Positions 1 to 13,523 of a stretch of 64,000 bases of DNA are shown in pieces. Source of the DNA: Octopus bimaculoides (taxonomy: Eukaryota); the NCBI RefSeq assembly GCF_001194135.2, contig NC_068988.1, forward strand, positions 48,196,046 to 48,260,045, given 5' to 3'. The number at the start of each line of letters is the position of its first letter. The first letter of the stretch is position 1. The notes under the pieces were generated by a model. That model had not been told where the DNA came from, made no database searches, and saw only the letters and a list, made by a program, of their open reading frames with translations. The position numbers and the translations under genes are program-made.

Positions 1-2494
1 ATATATATATATATAAATATAAATATATATATGTATGTATATAAATATATATGCAGATATGTATGTATATATATATATATATATACACATATATACACAC
101 ACATATATACACACACATACGTATATATATATATATGTATATGTAGGTAGGCACACACATACACAGAAGCATACACACATGCATGCATACACAAGTACAC
201 ACGCGTCCACATGAACATACATATATTTGAAACTGAACATTACATGATTACATTACGATTCAAAATTTCATAATTACTCTTTCATCCACTAATGCAGAAA
301 ATATTTGTGCATAATTTCTTGTATAAATGAATGCATTCGAATTCGATTGGGAGACTGCTCGATTACAGTCGCTAAATATATGGTCGATTTCGCAAGATAT
401 TTGCACCAAACCGTAAAAGAATTGGGTGTATGACAATTTACAAATTTTTGGTTGGAAAAATTCATTTCATCTGTAATTTATTAATTGCTAATTGTGGAAG
501 TGGTTTTAGACAAATTACGTGTTGTGCAATATCTAAGTTTAGGTGAATTTTGTTGAAACATTTTTTTTAATGCTTATTGTTTATAGGAAATTGAAAGCTA
601 TCTTGATATAGAAAAATTTTCTCCATGCAGGTACTTTATATCACTATCAGTCTTTTGGCATTCTTTGTCTTTCATGGACTGAAAATATTATTATTTTTTT
701 TTCTTTAAAGCACTTCATGCTAGAATAGTTAACATGCTAGCTCACTAGATTGTTAAAGATTACTTAAGTATATGAGATAGAAGAGAACTTGTTACTAACA
801 TTCTATTGAAGTTCATATGGATATAAGATATATGATTAGAGCGACAGCCTATATATGATATACACCATTTGGTCTTAAAATGGAATAGGAAATTATTACA
901 ATATAGTTTGTAACAGAAAGTAATTTTTTCCTGTAATTTTCTGCCTATTCTCTACTGAGGTGTTTTGAAATTAGTGAGCCATCGTCATAATATAATCCAC
1001 TGTGTATGATATTAAATTTAGCACTGATGAGATGAATGATATATTAAGCGTTTAAATTAGAGGCTCTTGCTTCCATAACATCATTGAGAACGTTATTTTT
1101 CTTTTCTTTTTTAAACCTAAATGTTGCTACTGAAGAGAATAGATTCTCTATCATGCAATATCAGATTTGTGTCAATTTCTGCGATGGGAGAACGGGATTT
1201 GAGCAAATTTTATTGATGCAAACAGTTTAATTATTGATGGTTTATTAGCCAGCTTTGATAAATTGAGTGAAAATGTGGGCGTACTCCTTATGCATGCTTT
1301 AAAACCATTTCATGGTGGAGATGCTATTATTCCAATGCATAAAAAACTTCGATTATTTTGAATCTTGGTGGTAAATACATGTTTACCAATAATAACCCAA
1401 ACAATATCAGATTTAATCCAGATAAAGTGAAATTTGTGAATAGACTTTAAAAAGGTACTATTGTGATAATTTAAAGTAACGTAGCATATTTTTAAAGCCT
1501 AAATTTCTACTCTTTTCGCCATGCATTGTTTGGAAGTAATATAATTTAACTTCGGATTTAATGGGGAGTGAGTTACTATTAGATTTCAAAAGCGTTAGTA
1601 ATAATGTTAGCTAAAAATATGTTTTAAGAATTGTAGCTAATTTCAAGTATGTATATGTTTTTGTTTTTTGCAGAATTGATTAAGATGGTATAATTAAGTA
1701 TCAGATGTTACTCACATTCTTTGTCAGGTTATGTTGGAAGGTGATTTTATTATTCAGTTATTTCTTAATTTAATGTTTTTGGCTATTCCAAATATATCTC
1801 TTTAAAAAAAATCAAGAATTTTCTTGTGAAGTAGAAGTTTCTGGGTTTAAATTCGAATATCAGAATTTTTAAGGCCTTATCATCTTTATGAAGAATATAA
1901 GACAGCGTCCGGGAGATCCTTTTATAAAATCATATATTGCAATTAAATTCTTTTTTTGAGATGTTCTGTGGAGCTATTTTAATGCTTTAATTTAAAAATC
2001 TAAAGAGTAATTGTTCATTCTGTAGATAGTATATTTAGTTTACAGAGAAGGTCCGACAAATAGGGAAATATAAGAGGAATATCAACTTAAAAATGACTCC
2101 ATACATAATAATAAACAATTTGTAATTACACGAAGAAAATCGCATAATTATAATACGACTTAGAATACCATCAGTAGTGGTTCATTAAATGATATAGACA
2201 AATGCTATATCATTCGCATACTGGAAATTTTGGCAAAGTGTATAGCTTCGAAAATGCAGTTGAAATTTCTATGAATATTATCTAGAATTTATAACTACAG
2301 TTCTGATCTGCTGTAAATATACAGGGATATAGAATAATGACTGTATGTGGATTGGAAAGATTGTGGCATTACTACGTAATCGGTGTAACAGCGTGTGATT
2401 GCGAATGAAAAGTAATTGCTGTAAATACACATACGCACAGGCACACATATACACACCAGACACACACATACACATACACAGACACAAACACACA

Positions 2495-3790
2495 AATGAC
2501 ATTGGCTAATTCAGCAGAGAATTACAGAACAGAGGCGTCACGCTTACAGCTATCACTGCAAAACGTCATAATTCAACTCCTACTGAACAGGATGCGAGCT
2601 AAAATTGAGAAAGTTTAGAGAAATCAAAATGGCCTCAGAAAAAATAGATCAGCTGTCGGGATTCGTCTTCTACTAGAAGTAGTAAAACCAGAAATCTTGA
2701 ATCAGTATTAGTTTGTTGATTTCTAAAAGGCTTTTGACTCTACCCACCGTGGTAAAATGGAGAAAGTACTATAGGCTTAAGGTATCCCTGAGATACCATA
2801 AGCAACAATATGATACTCTCTCACAACACCTAATCAATGGTATGGTCCTAGTTGGAGATATAAGTTTCTTTGATATCAGAGCCGAAGTACTTCAAGGCGA
2901 TACATTGGCACCTTTTCTCATTGTGATCACTCTGGATCATGTCCTCAGAGCATCATTTGATAATCTAAACAGCCTAAGTTTCACGCCCATAAAAAGAAGA
3001 ACGATAGGACATCCAGCTCAAAAAAATAATTAATATAGATTTTGTTGAAGATTTAAATTTGAACTCTGATACAATATCAAATTCCATCCAATTACTTCAA
3101 AGACTGTAAAGGATGCTGGATTGCTTGTTAACCTCAATAAAGCGAAATTCTTTGCTCACAATCAACAATGATCTATCACCAACATTATCAGAAATTCCCC
3201 AAATCAAGTTAATAATTTCACATACCACGGTTCTCAGATAGCATCAACTGAAAAGGATTTAAAATCTCGGACAGCCAAAGCAGGGTAGGTTCTAAACAAG
3301 GTGGATGTTGTCTGGAAATCAACCCCGTTTGACAACATTAAGAGAATTTTTTTTTCCGTGCAATAAAGAGAGTCAGTCCTTTTACATGGAGCAACAGCCT
3401 GGATGATTACCAAAAAAAAAAAAAAAAAATGAAATAAAAATTGGAATCCAAGCTAGATGGAACATATACCAGAAAGTTAAGAACAGCCTTAAACCTAACT
3501 TGGAGAATTAATCTAACCAACAGTAGGAGGGACATGTGTGTTTCCATCCTTAAAATGGAAAATCGCTTGCGCTTTGTAGGAGATTGCTGGAGAGCTAAGC
3601 AAAAGCTGGCAAGTTACATACTACTATGGATGCCAAAGCATAGCTGTATTCGAGCAAATCGTCCGAACACAATGTACGTAGATCAACTCACCAGCGACAC
3701 TGGATGCCTCCTCGAAAACCTCTCTCAACTGATGCAAGACCGAGATGGTGGCGTGGGCGGGTTAAAAATGCTCGTGCAAGCTCGATCAAT
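2495..3790 (+). mobile_element. Decayed RTE-clade non-LTR retrotransposon (RT core through C-terminus), multiple stops and frameshifts
   Basis: Manual translation gives RT motifs in the expected order: NYR..GVTLTAI, RNQNGLRKNRS, FVDF*KAFDS (2712-2741), HRGKMEKVL, VLQGDTLAPFL (ORF 2713-3033), decayed YADD as FVED (3041-3052), GLLVNLNKAK, SKLDGTYTRKLRTALN and RLRFVGDCWR...YVDQL..DTG (ORF 3441-3797). These resemble RTE/RTE-X ORF2 as I recall it. Confidence 0.88.
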
Positions 3791-4299
3791 GATTTAACAC
3801 AACGAACATTAGTATACGAAGCTACAACATAAAAGACAGCATTACAAGAAGACTATGAGCACGAAACAGCAATAATCTCCAAGGTTTTTCTCAACTACAA
3901 GCTTCTTTCACATTCCCTCTTTCTCTGCAAGAGCAGGGGCAGCCTCTATTCTTACGAACCTAATAATGAGATATTTTGAATTTACCATATACGAAGTGTC
4001 ACTGCAAAAATATGGATATTCATTTCACCATTATATAAGAGAGAACCGGACAAATATCTAAACGGCTGTTTTATCATTTGGAATGGGACCATTGATAAAC
4101 ATTTGGAATTTGAATCAATGCTAAAAATATAAACTCCAACATTCAATTTACACAGAAATACATCTAATACCATATACGGCTCGACAGTTTTATATTTCAT
4201 AAAGCTTATCGGCGTATATTAAAATATAACTATTTAATCTACAGTTGATTTTGCACGGTGATACTTTGATATATTTACACGGGGCAAGCATTGACCGGG

Positions 4300-4332
<33 letters not shown>

Positions 4333-5421
4333 GTATGCATATATATATATATATANNNNNNNNNNNNNNNNNNNNNNNNNNNNNNNNNNNNNNNNNNNNN
4401 NNNNNNNNNNNNNNNNNNNNNNNNNNNNNNNNNNNNNNNNNNNNNNNNNNNNNNNNNNNNNNNNNNNNNNNNNNNNNNNNNNNNNNNNNNNNNNNNNNNN
4501 NNNNNNNNNNNNNNNNNNNNNNNNNNNNNNNNNNNNNNNNNNNNNNNNNNNNNNNNNNNNNNNNNNNNNNNNNNNNNNNNNNNNNNNNNNNNNNNNNNNN
4601 NNNNNNNNNNNNNNNNNNNNNNNNNNNNNNNNNNNNNNNNNNNNNNNNNNNNNNNNNNNNNNNNNNNNNNNCCAAACTATTTTTTGAAAAGCTAGTCTTT
4701 TGCTGATATCGCTCTTGTTGTCTTAAGCACACTGGCACATCTGTTCATTTTAATTTAATGCTGAAAATAATTATTCTTACTCAAAAAACTTCATGTACTT
4801 CGTAATGCTATTTTAAAAATCTTTGGCGTTCTTAATTCCAACTTCTTTATGGCATACGATACGCTCATCTTTATTTAATTAAAGCATAAGCAGACGTCAT
4901 GCCATTAATGTTCGGCGTTTCTCCATCTAAACTCTCACTCCCTCTCCCCATTCTTTTAATCTCATATTAGCAGTGTCTTTCATATGTTACAATTCATTAC
5001 TCAACTGCATAGCGTTTATATATCTTTAATCCTTTGGAATTATTCAAGAAGTTTAGTTGATCATTATTTAATATTGAATTAAGGTGTTCGATTCTCAATC
5101 AAAGTATCTCCTTTGAAAGTTGTAGTAAATTTGCGTCAGCAATGCATGTGTATGTGTTACCGCATTTTCTTAAAACACTTGTAAGTGAAAAGAAAGATCA
5201 AAAGTGAGTACTCTTTGCTGAGGTAAAAGTATATTTGTTGAATGTTGTAACCTAAACATTTCTGAATATGAGTTTCTCGTTTTCATTTTTAAGCATCTTG
5301 TAATCGATGAAACATGAGAAAATATAAATAGTAAAGCATATCAGCAGCTATCTGAACATTCAATGAAAAGGCATTCGAGTATGTGTGGACTGTTCTATAT
5401 GGTTCTATGAGTACACGTGAA

Positions 5422-5802
5422 GGTGCAATGGCGCAGAGGTTAGGGCAACGGACTCACGGTCGTAAGATCACGGTTTCGATTCCCAGATCAGGCGTTGTGA
5501 GTGTTTATTGAGCGAAAACATCTGAAGCTCCATGAGGCTCCGGCAAGCGGGTGGGGTAAACCCTGCTGTACTGTTTTACCACAATCTTCTCTCACTCTCT
5601 TTCTTCCTGTTTCTGTTGTATCTGTATTTCAAAGGGCTAGCCTTGTCACACTCTGTGTCACGCTGAATCTCCTCGAAAAGTACGTTAAGGATACACGTAT
5701 CTGTGGAGTACTCAGCCACTTGCACGTTAATGTTACGAGCAGGCTGTTCCGTTGATCGAATTAATCGGAGCCCTCATCGTCGTAACCGACGAAGTGCCAC
5801 AA
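5422..5802 (+). mobile_element. tRNA-derived SINE (octopus OR-like family, long 3' body)
   Basis: Head GGTGCAATGGCGCAGAGGTTAGG...GGTTTCGATTCCC carries Pol III A and B boxes. The first ~120 bp are shared with the copies at 14320-14517 and 42303-42604. Confidence 0.85.
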
Positions 5803-5974
5803 TGCGTACACTCGCGCGCACGCGCACCTTGAATAAGATGTTCATTTGAAGATTAAAAAAGCATGAAATGAAGAAGGGAGAAAAGGTATTTTTGAGATAT
5901 CAGAGAAAATAATTTCACCAAAAGATTTGGCGAGGTTCACCAGTCTCCAACAATGTCTAAACGTTCAGGATATT

Positions 5975-6133
5975 ATTCGTTTACATTATTTACATTATTT
6001 ACAATTGATGGATATTTGTCCTCATCTCGTTTGTTGTTAACACAACGTTTCAGCTGATATACCCTCCAGCCTTTATCAGGTGTCTTGAGAAAATTTCGAA
6101 CCTGGGTTCTCATTCCTAAGGTATTTTTCAATG

Positions 6134-6135
<2 letters not shown>
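5975..6135 (-). mobile_element. Short Penelope-like terminal-repeat remnant carrying a minimal hammerhead motif
   Basis: Minus strand reads GACAC CTGATAA A GGCTG GAGGGTATAT CAGCT GAAA CGTT GTGTT, and the element abuts a (TTA)n tract. The Penelope link is inferred from the known occurrence of minimal hammerheads in such elements. Confidence 0.55.
6039..6084 (-). ncRNA. Minimal type I hammerhead ribozyme motif, probably inactive (core G8->A)
   Basis: Stem I GACAC/GTGTT, core CTGATAA (canonical CTGANGA), stem II GGCTG/CAGCT, GAAA, palindromic ACGT in place of stem III, cleavage triplet GTT. Confidence 0.6.

Positions 6136-6136
<1 letters not shown>

Positions 6137-6198
<62 letters not shown>
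6137..6198. repeat. (TTA)n microsatellite
   Basis: Direct reading; it produces the poly-Tyr ORF 6085-6276. Confidence 0.97.
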
Positions 6199-6199
<1 letters not shown>

Positions 6200-6676
6200 G
6201 CCGAGTTCAAAAGAACAAAAGATTTTATGTGTTAAAGACGAGCCTTAAGCTGTTTATTCAATTCAATATAAGATAGTTAGCTCAGTTAGTTATTGTTTAA
6301 CCGTCTTATGGTCATTATATTCATAATTTTATCAGACAGTTACCATCCAGTGGACAATTGTATGATCAGTAGAATTACAGGCAGATGAAGAAGGTGAAAT
6401 AGTTATTTTAGAAAGTCTTTTAGCATTCAATGGAACTTGAAGTGATTTCATAGGAAGTATTGTTAAAGTAAATATAATGTCTGTTAAAGATTTCGTGATA
6501 GTTGTGGTTCATTAGAAGTGAAGCAAAACGAAATTAAGTAACTCTTTAGCTATGATTGTTCTCATACTCAAACTATATATTGGATTACACCACCGAATAT
6601 TTTGAGGTATAATTTTACGATTTGAAGCATTACACTGTGTTACGTGTTGAATTTGACAATCTTACAATCCTCTGCT

Positions 6677-6743
<67 letters not shown>

Positions 6744-7155
6744 TGTTATGGTAATGAGAAACTTTGCTGAATATGAGTTCACCTACCGAGAATGACGTTA
6801 CCAAAAGATATAGGAAGAATTAAATTACATAAAATACTTGGCAAATGACTAAAAAACTTATACAAAATAGTTGTTCAATATATTTGGGGTAAGGGATAAA
6901 TTTGTGAAACTAAATTAAAAGTGATGTCTAAAGACTTGACTATAGTACGATTGGTACGCCTTATTTTAGCAAATAGATTTTCCTTTAATCCTTTTTGTTT
7001 TGGAATGTTCTGCTTTACTAAATATCTCTTGTTAAACCGNNNNNNNNNNNNNNNNNNNNNNNNNNNNNNNNNNNNNNNNNNNNNNNNNNNNNNNNNNNNN
7101 NNNNNNNNNNNNNNNNNNNNNNNNNNNNNNNNNNNNNNNNNNNNNNNNNNNNNNN

Positions 7156-7199
<44 letters not shown>

Positions 7200-7622
7200 C
7201 ATATATGTAACACGCGATATTCATTCCTTCAAGTGTAAAAATATTTGTGTAATGTTGTTTTATTTTTGTATTCAGATTCTAATGTGTAAAAACGCAGAAA
7301 GTGAGAAGCAGCCATTTTCAATTAAATTACAATCTTGAAGAATAAATGATTGCTATTTTGTATTAGTTGTGATCATATTTGTGGATGTAGCAAATTCATT
7401 CTTTGGGAGACTCTTTTAGCCAATTATGTTTTGAAAATACCTGATATTTCGATGTATTAGCTTTCATATATATGCTTTCATATATATTATTTTACCGTTT
7501 TCCCTCCTTTTAGTATTCGACTATATGAAGCTCAGAGCTATGAATTAGACATCTTTAATCTCTATTAACATATGCACATTCTATTTTTCGTTGCTTCTAA
7601 ATAAAAATAATTACCAATCTAT

Positions 7623-8716
7623 ATAAGAGGATGTATCGAAGTAATGCAAAAGTGGATTTATCTTTTTTTTTTTGACCTCATAGCTCTTTCAAATTGCACA
7701 TGTTTATAGAGTAACACTTCTGTTTTTCATTGGAGGCAAATAATAGGCTCCAAGTAAAAACAATACGCCATCACTGACGTCCTGATGAAAAGTGTGAGTA
7801 GGCTGTTCGACATTAATAGAAGGCTATAGGCCATTTACATGTCTAACACAATCGGCAAAAGCAATGGGCACGGATTGATGAATAAACAACATTGATGAAA
7901 AGCTATGCAGTGGAAGACAATTGTTGCGACTTTTGACATGGATCGCCGGCGAGCAGACAAACTGATTCACGCGGACAAACAACTCAAAATACATTAGTAG
8001 CTCTGATCACAATGCTTTAAAGAAAATGGTGGAAGATTTTGGGTTTCAGAAAGTGAGATCAAAGTGTTTAACACTTAATTGTAAGAATATAAGATGGAAG
8101 TATGCTCTGCTCTGCTGGAAACGTTTCAAGCTAATAAAGATACGTTTTCCGAACTAGTGAAACGGGGTGAAATGCGGTCGTATTTTTATGATCACTAAAC
8201 AAAGGTTTAGACATTGAACTACAAGCAGTATCTTGAGACACTCAATAAGACTAGAGGAACGATTGCAAAAAAAAGAGACTGAAGCAGAACGTGAAAATGA
8301 TATAGATTCACCATGGTAATGCATGAACACACGTGTATTCAGTAACAAATCAAGCAGACAACAAACTGGGAGACAGTGGTAACCTACCAAGCGCATAACT
8401 TAAATCTAACGCCCCCTGATGTCCATCTGTTAGGTACAATTAAGAGCAGTCTTCGAGGATAACGATTTGATGACACTGACCATATGACATTAGCTGTGAA
8501 TAAGTGAATGCAACAATGCACACTTGGAGTTTTAAAACTGGATTCGTGATTTGGGTTCAAAGAAGACACAAATGGATCATTTGAGAAGGAGACTATTGCC
8601 TCTTTATAAAGGAAGCCTTACTCTGCTGACATGCGCAATCTGCAATTTGAACGAGCTATGTCCGTTAATAAAAGAGTATACCCACTTTTTAATTATTTTC
8701 GGTATAAGCCTCGTGT
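7623..8716 (+). mobile_element. Decayed mariner transposon, near full length
   Basis: Degenerate transposase motifs: GFQKVRSKCLT (WVPxxLT region), RGEMRSYFYD (TGDETW region), HHGNA (HDNA, 8309-8323), NLTPPDVHLLG (PDLAPSDFHLFG, from 8403), terminal GDY. The ends resemble ACGAGG-type TIRs (7623-7648; 8690-8716). Confidence 0.75.
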
Positions 8717-9856
8717 GTATGTACACACACACACACACACACACACACATTATAATGTGTGTGTGATTGTGTGCGTATATATGTCTGTGTATAAATTTCC
8801 AACCTGGCATCAATTAATAACGGTATGCAATGTATCCACCGTCTTTTACTAATATAAAATTCATTAACATTGCTAATTCTTTGTTAGAAATGTCTGTAAA
8901 ATCTCATGATCTTATCGCTTTTTGTTTTACTAAATTCTCTAGAAATATTTTTACACCTCATTTTTCTGGGTTTTATTTTTTCCTTTTTTTCTTTCTTTTT
9001 TATTTTGCCAACGTTTCTGTGATCTTCTTATCCACATCAACACACAGTTTCATCTTAATCTAATATTTGGAATGATTATTCTATCACAGAGACTCCACGA
9101 ATCCCTCTTTTATACCTTCTGATTTTATTTCAAATTTTCTTATCGTATTGGATATATTCATCGTTATATAATTAAGGTTTTAGCGGGATTCATCTCATTA
9201 ATTTTCCTCGTTCCTCTTTTTCAGCTCTTTCATCTTCTTCTTCATCTCTCTCTACCCCGCCCATCTTATCTTCTTTGTCACAGTACATTCTTTTAATCCT
9301 ATATTCGTGGAGTCTTTAATCTATTACAACTTGTTGTACATTGACTATTTGTTTTGAAATCTTTGGAAATACAGAACTTATAATTTAATAATATATTGTA
9401 GTATATTGTAGTGCCAAACATCTTTCTACGTATTACCTGTTATGTTTTATTAGGATATCGTATCTATAAATTTGTAAGGGTCAAAATAACATTAACCAGT
9501 CGGTTAAATAATATATTATTTTTGTCTTTTGACTCCTAAGCTGTGTCTGAGTTAAAAAAACAGCCCTCCCAGAAACATGCTATCAGGCTCTGATTAAATA
9601 TGATGCATTGATACATGCCTCTGTTTTGAACTACAAATGACAGATTTATATATGCGATTGAAGTTTTGTTAGAAACGTAAGCTACAAACTCTTTTGGAAT
9701 AGAAAAAGCAAATTTAACATTAGGAGAGACAGTAAAGATTTATTTTTGTCTCATCTGGATTGGTTCTCATGGAAAATTATAGATATTTTGTTTGAAGTAT
9801 ATGCTGATAAAAAAAGCGGTAGTCAATTTATCAAGTACAGTTGATACAATTATAGC

Positions 9857-10230
9857 TATCTGTACATTCCAGAAGTTTTGAGACGTTTTTAGAAGTGGCA
9901 TTTATTAATTTTAAAAAGTACAGACTCTACGCTTCTTCCAACTAGGATCCTCTAACTTCAATGCACTTGTAGGGCTCCAACCATTTTGTGAAGGCACTAT
10001 GGAAGTCCTCCAAAGTGAAGCTGTCCTGAACTCCAATCACAACATATTTCATTTTTTCACTGTCTTCAAATGGACTGCCCCTGACGTTCTCCTTCAGCGT
10101 GGGGAATAACCAAAGGTCACAGGTAGCAAGGTGTGGACTTTAGGAAAGGTAAGAAATGCCCATCAATGTCAAGTAAATGATTACCAGGGTGCTTGTCACT
10201 GAGTACGCTGGGAACAAATTTTGCCACAGC
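9857..10230 (-). mobile_element. Mariner transposase C-terminal fragment with 3' end
   Basis: Minus-strand translation SPHLATCDLWLFPTLKE (10089-10139), matching YSPDLAPCDFWLFPKLK, followed by an FxxAFxKWLExYxKCIEVRGSY-like C-terminus and a TIR-like end near 9857-9885. Confidence 0.8.
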
Positions 10231-10389
10231 AATTCACATCTTTCTTTTATACCCACGTGTATTGGGTATAAAAGAAAGATATGAATTCTACTTGGCAGTA
10301 TATTTTTATGAGTGTGGATGGATATTGGCCATGCGATATCGTCGATCGCATGCATATTTTGAGATACTCGTAAATTTATACTATGGATT

Positions 10390-10459
10390 ACTGTCGCTGA
10401 TGAGAGCAGTAGGTAAAATATTTTTTACTTTATGCTTGAAACACAATTTTGTACGCAGT
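10390..10459 (+). ncRNA. Type I hammerhead ribozyme-like motif
   Basis: Stem I ACTG(T)CG/CGCAGT, core CTGATGA (10397-10403), stem II GAGCA/TGCTT with inner GTAAAA/TTTTAC helix, GAAA (10438-10441), 3-bp stem III, cleavage triplet GTA (10451-10453). Confidence 0.55.
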
Positions 10460-10704
10460 TAACTGAACCTTGTTGATTCATTATTTTCCTTTTGCTCGCC
10501 TACAATGTGGTGTGTTATTCTCGGAGATTTTAAGGTGGTAACAGGGGCTTTAGCGTCTATTTCTTGCAGTGCGTGGTGAGGTGTAAAACTGATCCCTTGT
10601 TATAATTATGTATATAATTATAAAATATTTTGTAAAATTTACCTATGAGGTTTTATTTCCGCACTGACCACCTGGTAAAATTATTAATGATTTCACCCTT
10701 TTAT

Positions 10705-10735
<31 letters not shown>

Positions 10736-13487
10736 CCTTTCTTTTTCTGAAATAACAGTTTTCCAGTTGTCCAATGATCATGATACTTTTCACATACAGC
10801 GACCAGGTAACTGAATTTGTTGTCTCTTTATGTTTGTATGTAGCTTTCTGGTAGTCTTGCAACAGGCATCCCTCCTGCCGAATAAAATATCCATTATGTG
10901 CAACAGAAGCATAATTGGGTTAAAATGGGCCTTTTATGAATCATACATAATGCAAATTCATTGTGAGAGGCAATATTTACTGCGGAATTCGACCGGATAT
11001 AGTATCTCTTATGGACGCGTTATCTTTAGAATCGCAATATATGTATATATCACAGGAAAACGCAGCGGCGAATGAGAAAATTGGATGCATTTCTGCCTTG
11101 TTGGGCCTCATGATTAGCGTGCCCTCACTGCCAGTATGCTTAGACGCAAGAGCAATGAAATTGAAAACTAGAGGTATATTATATAGTATAATCAACCACA
11201 TAGTTTAGTTGTTCGTTCCACACTTTGTAGAATTTTACGAATCCTTATGTATCATCACTTCCTCATGGACAACAAGTATTACTAGGTTGTTAATAACTAC
11301 TACCTCAATGGGAGATGCTATTGTATCGTAAACTTTACTGCTTCTTTAGCCACTATAAAAAGAGGAAACCTGTTCAATACGAACACTTCTTTTCTCTCCA
11401 ATTGCAACAATCTTAATATTATTTCTCTCAGCCGTATGAGTCTCTCAGGGTATTAATATATCAACTTGAGATCTTTCTTGCAAACAACAGTGAAACACAT
11501 AGGGCTTACAGAGTATCGCTTTAAACAGATTTTTGTAACATATACATGCACTTCAACACCTAGACAGTTTTACTATCTATCCACATAAATCTATACAAAT
11601 CAAAATATATCTGGAGTTTTAAAGATTTTAAAGATGAAAATGTCAGTTATATAATTGATTATACTGTTGCAAACATGCAGTACATTTATAGTATATATCA
11701 TTTGTGTCTCTCGGGAAAGTATCGCATAATATTGCCGTCTTCCAAGATTTTGAACAAGGATCGGAATTGGTGAATTCTCGAAGTCATTTCCATCGATATT
11801 TATTGAGATATTTTACGAAATCTTTAAAATAATTTATTTTCAATATCGTTGATATACCATAATCTTGAAATGGTTACACATAGAGGAATAAACTTTTAGT
11901 TTTGATCACCACTTAGACAATATAAGCAAAAGTCAGTTTCTTTTTGTGATTTAGACACACACATAACCTTGAAAATATGCTCTATCGTGCAAATAAACTA
12001 GTAATATCACGTATTTTCCATATAATAATAGAATTGAAGAATGTATGACGCATTATTTGGTGCTGTTGTTTTGTGTCCAAATTTGTATCCAATCCAAATT
12101 CAATGACTACTCATACTTCAATATTTTTTAAAATATGTATGTCTATATAGTGTCATGCTGCTTCTCAATCATAGGAATATTTACCAGCGGAAAACTCAGA
12201 GCAACTATCGCAGACACTTAAGCTTTATTAATATGCATACATACGTGCATACATACATGGAATTATACTTATGCATGTTTATATACAATATATGGATAGT
12301 ATAACATCCGCATGTGAGACGCAAGCTTTGATGTGTGTTTAAGTATTTCACTTCACAATTGCATGATTCTAAACTTTTTCTGTATGTTTTTGGTCTTCTA
12401 TCGAAACCTTGAACTAACCAATGCCTTGTAATTATAATTTGGTAGATAGAAATTGCCGAAAAACATACGCACACAAACAAAAACTTGCACTCACTCATAC
12501 ACATGTACATAAATATATTTCACCGAAACATGTACCAATTTATATCAGTGCATGATGTAAACGGTATGAAAACAGGAAAGCAGGTTAGTTTTCAAGGTCC
12601 TAGTGAAATTAGTTCTGCATCATCATAACTACCGAGAGCGAATATTTGGCATGTAGGATACACGGTGGTCAACGACGCTAGAGTCCATTAATAAGAAAAC
12701 GACAAAAATAAAAATAAGTGCATGTAAAAAATAAATGAATGCTTTTGGAAAGACACAATGATTATTCAAAAAAAAAAAAAAGATATTGCTAATTTAATAA
12801 TTGAAATAAATGTGAAATTTGTCAATAACGACCCAAAGGCCATTAGGATATATTTATGTTACAGATGTAGAACTGGATACATTTTAGCAACCATCTAAAA
12901 ACATATTGACAAGATATAGCTGTATCCACTAGTAATAAAATATAATTCACTTGCTTCTAAGAATCTTGAAAAGTTTTATAACTACTGAGCGATGTATAGG
13001 AAATGAATCACAATGCTTAGGTTTATATCAGAACATACATTCTATTATATAACATCTGCTGACACCTTAGGAGAGAACCATTTTGGTTATCCTACGAGAC
13101 ATAATACCTATAGATTTATAAGGAAAGGAAATAAGATTGTGTAATGTTCCCGTTTGTCTTGAATTATGTTCCTGGCATTGTAATTAGCTATGTGAGAGAT
13201 GTGAAATCTCTACCACCAAAAGCTGTGGATTCAATTTACCAGAAGTTTATTACTTCTTCTAAGCACTTATCATTTATATAGATAAAAATTGATCTCTTTA
13301 CACAGATATATCAGTGCGGTGAAAATGAGATTCTGCGATATCCAGGATTTCCACAAGAGAATTAAATATGAAAGCATAGTAAAATCGCTATAATTGAAAA
13401 CCAAAAACATGTTCCTAGATCGGCCTGGCAAGCAGTTTATTTCTACTGCATTACAGTCCTCTACTCGATGCACACAAACATACACAA

Positions 13488-13523
<36 letters not shown>

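Noticed and set aside
12560-13260. Possible decayed hAT transposase (NVPVCLELC...LCER near 13140-13200)
   Set aside because: Only one weak motif amid many stops; not supportable without a profile search.
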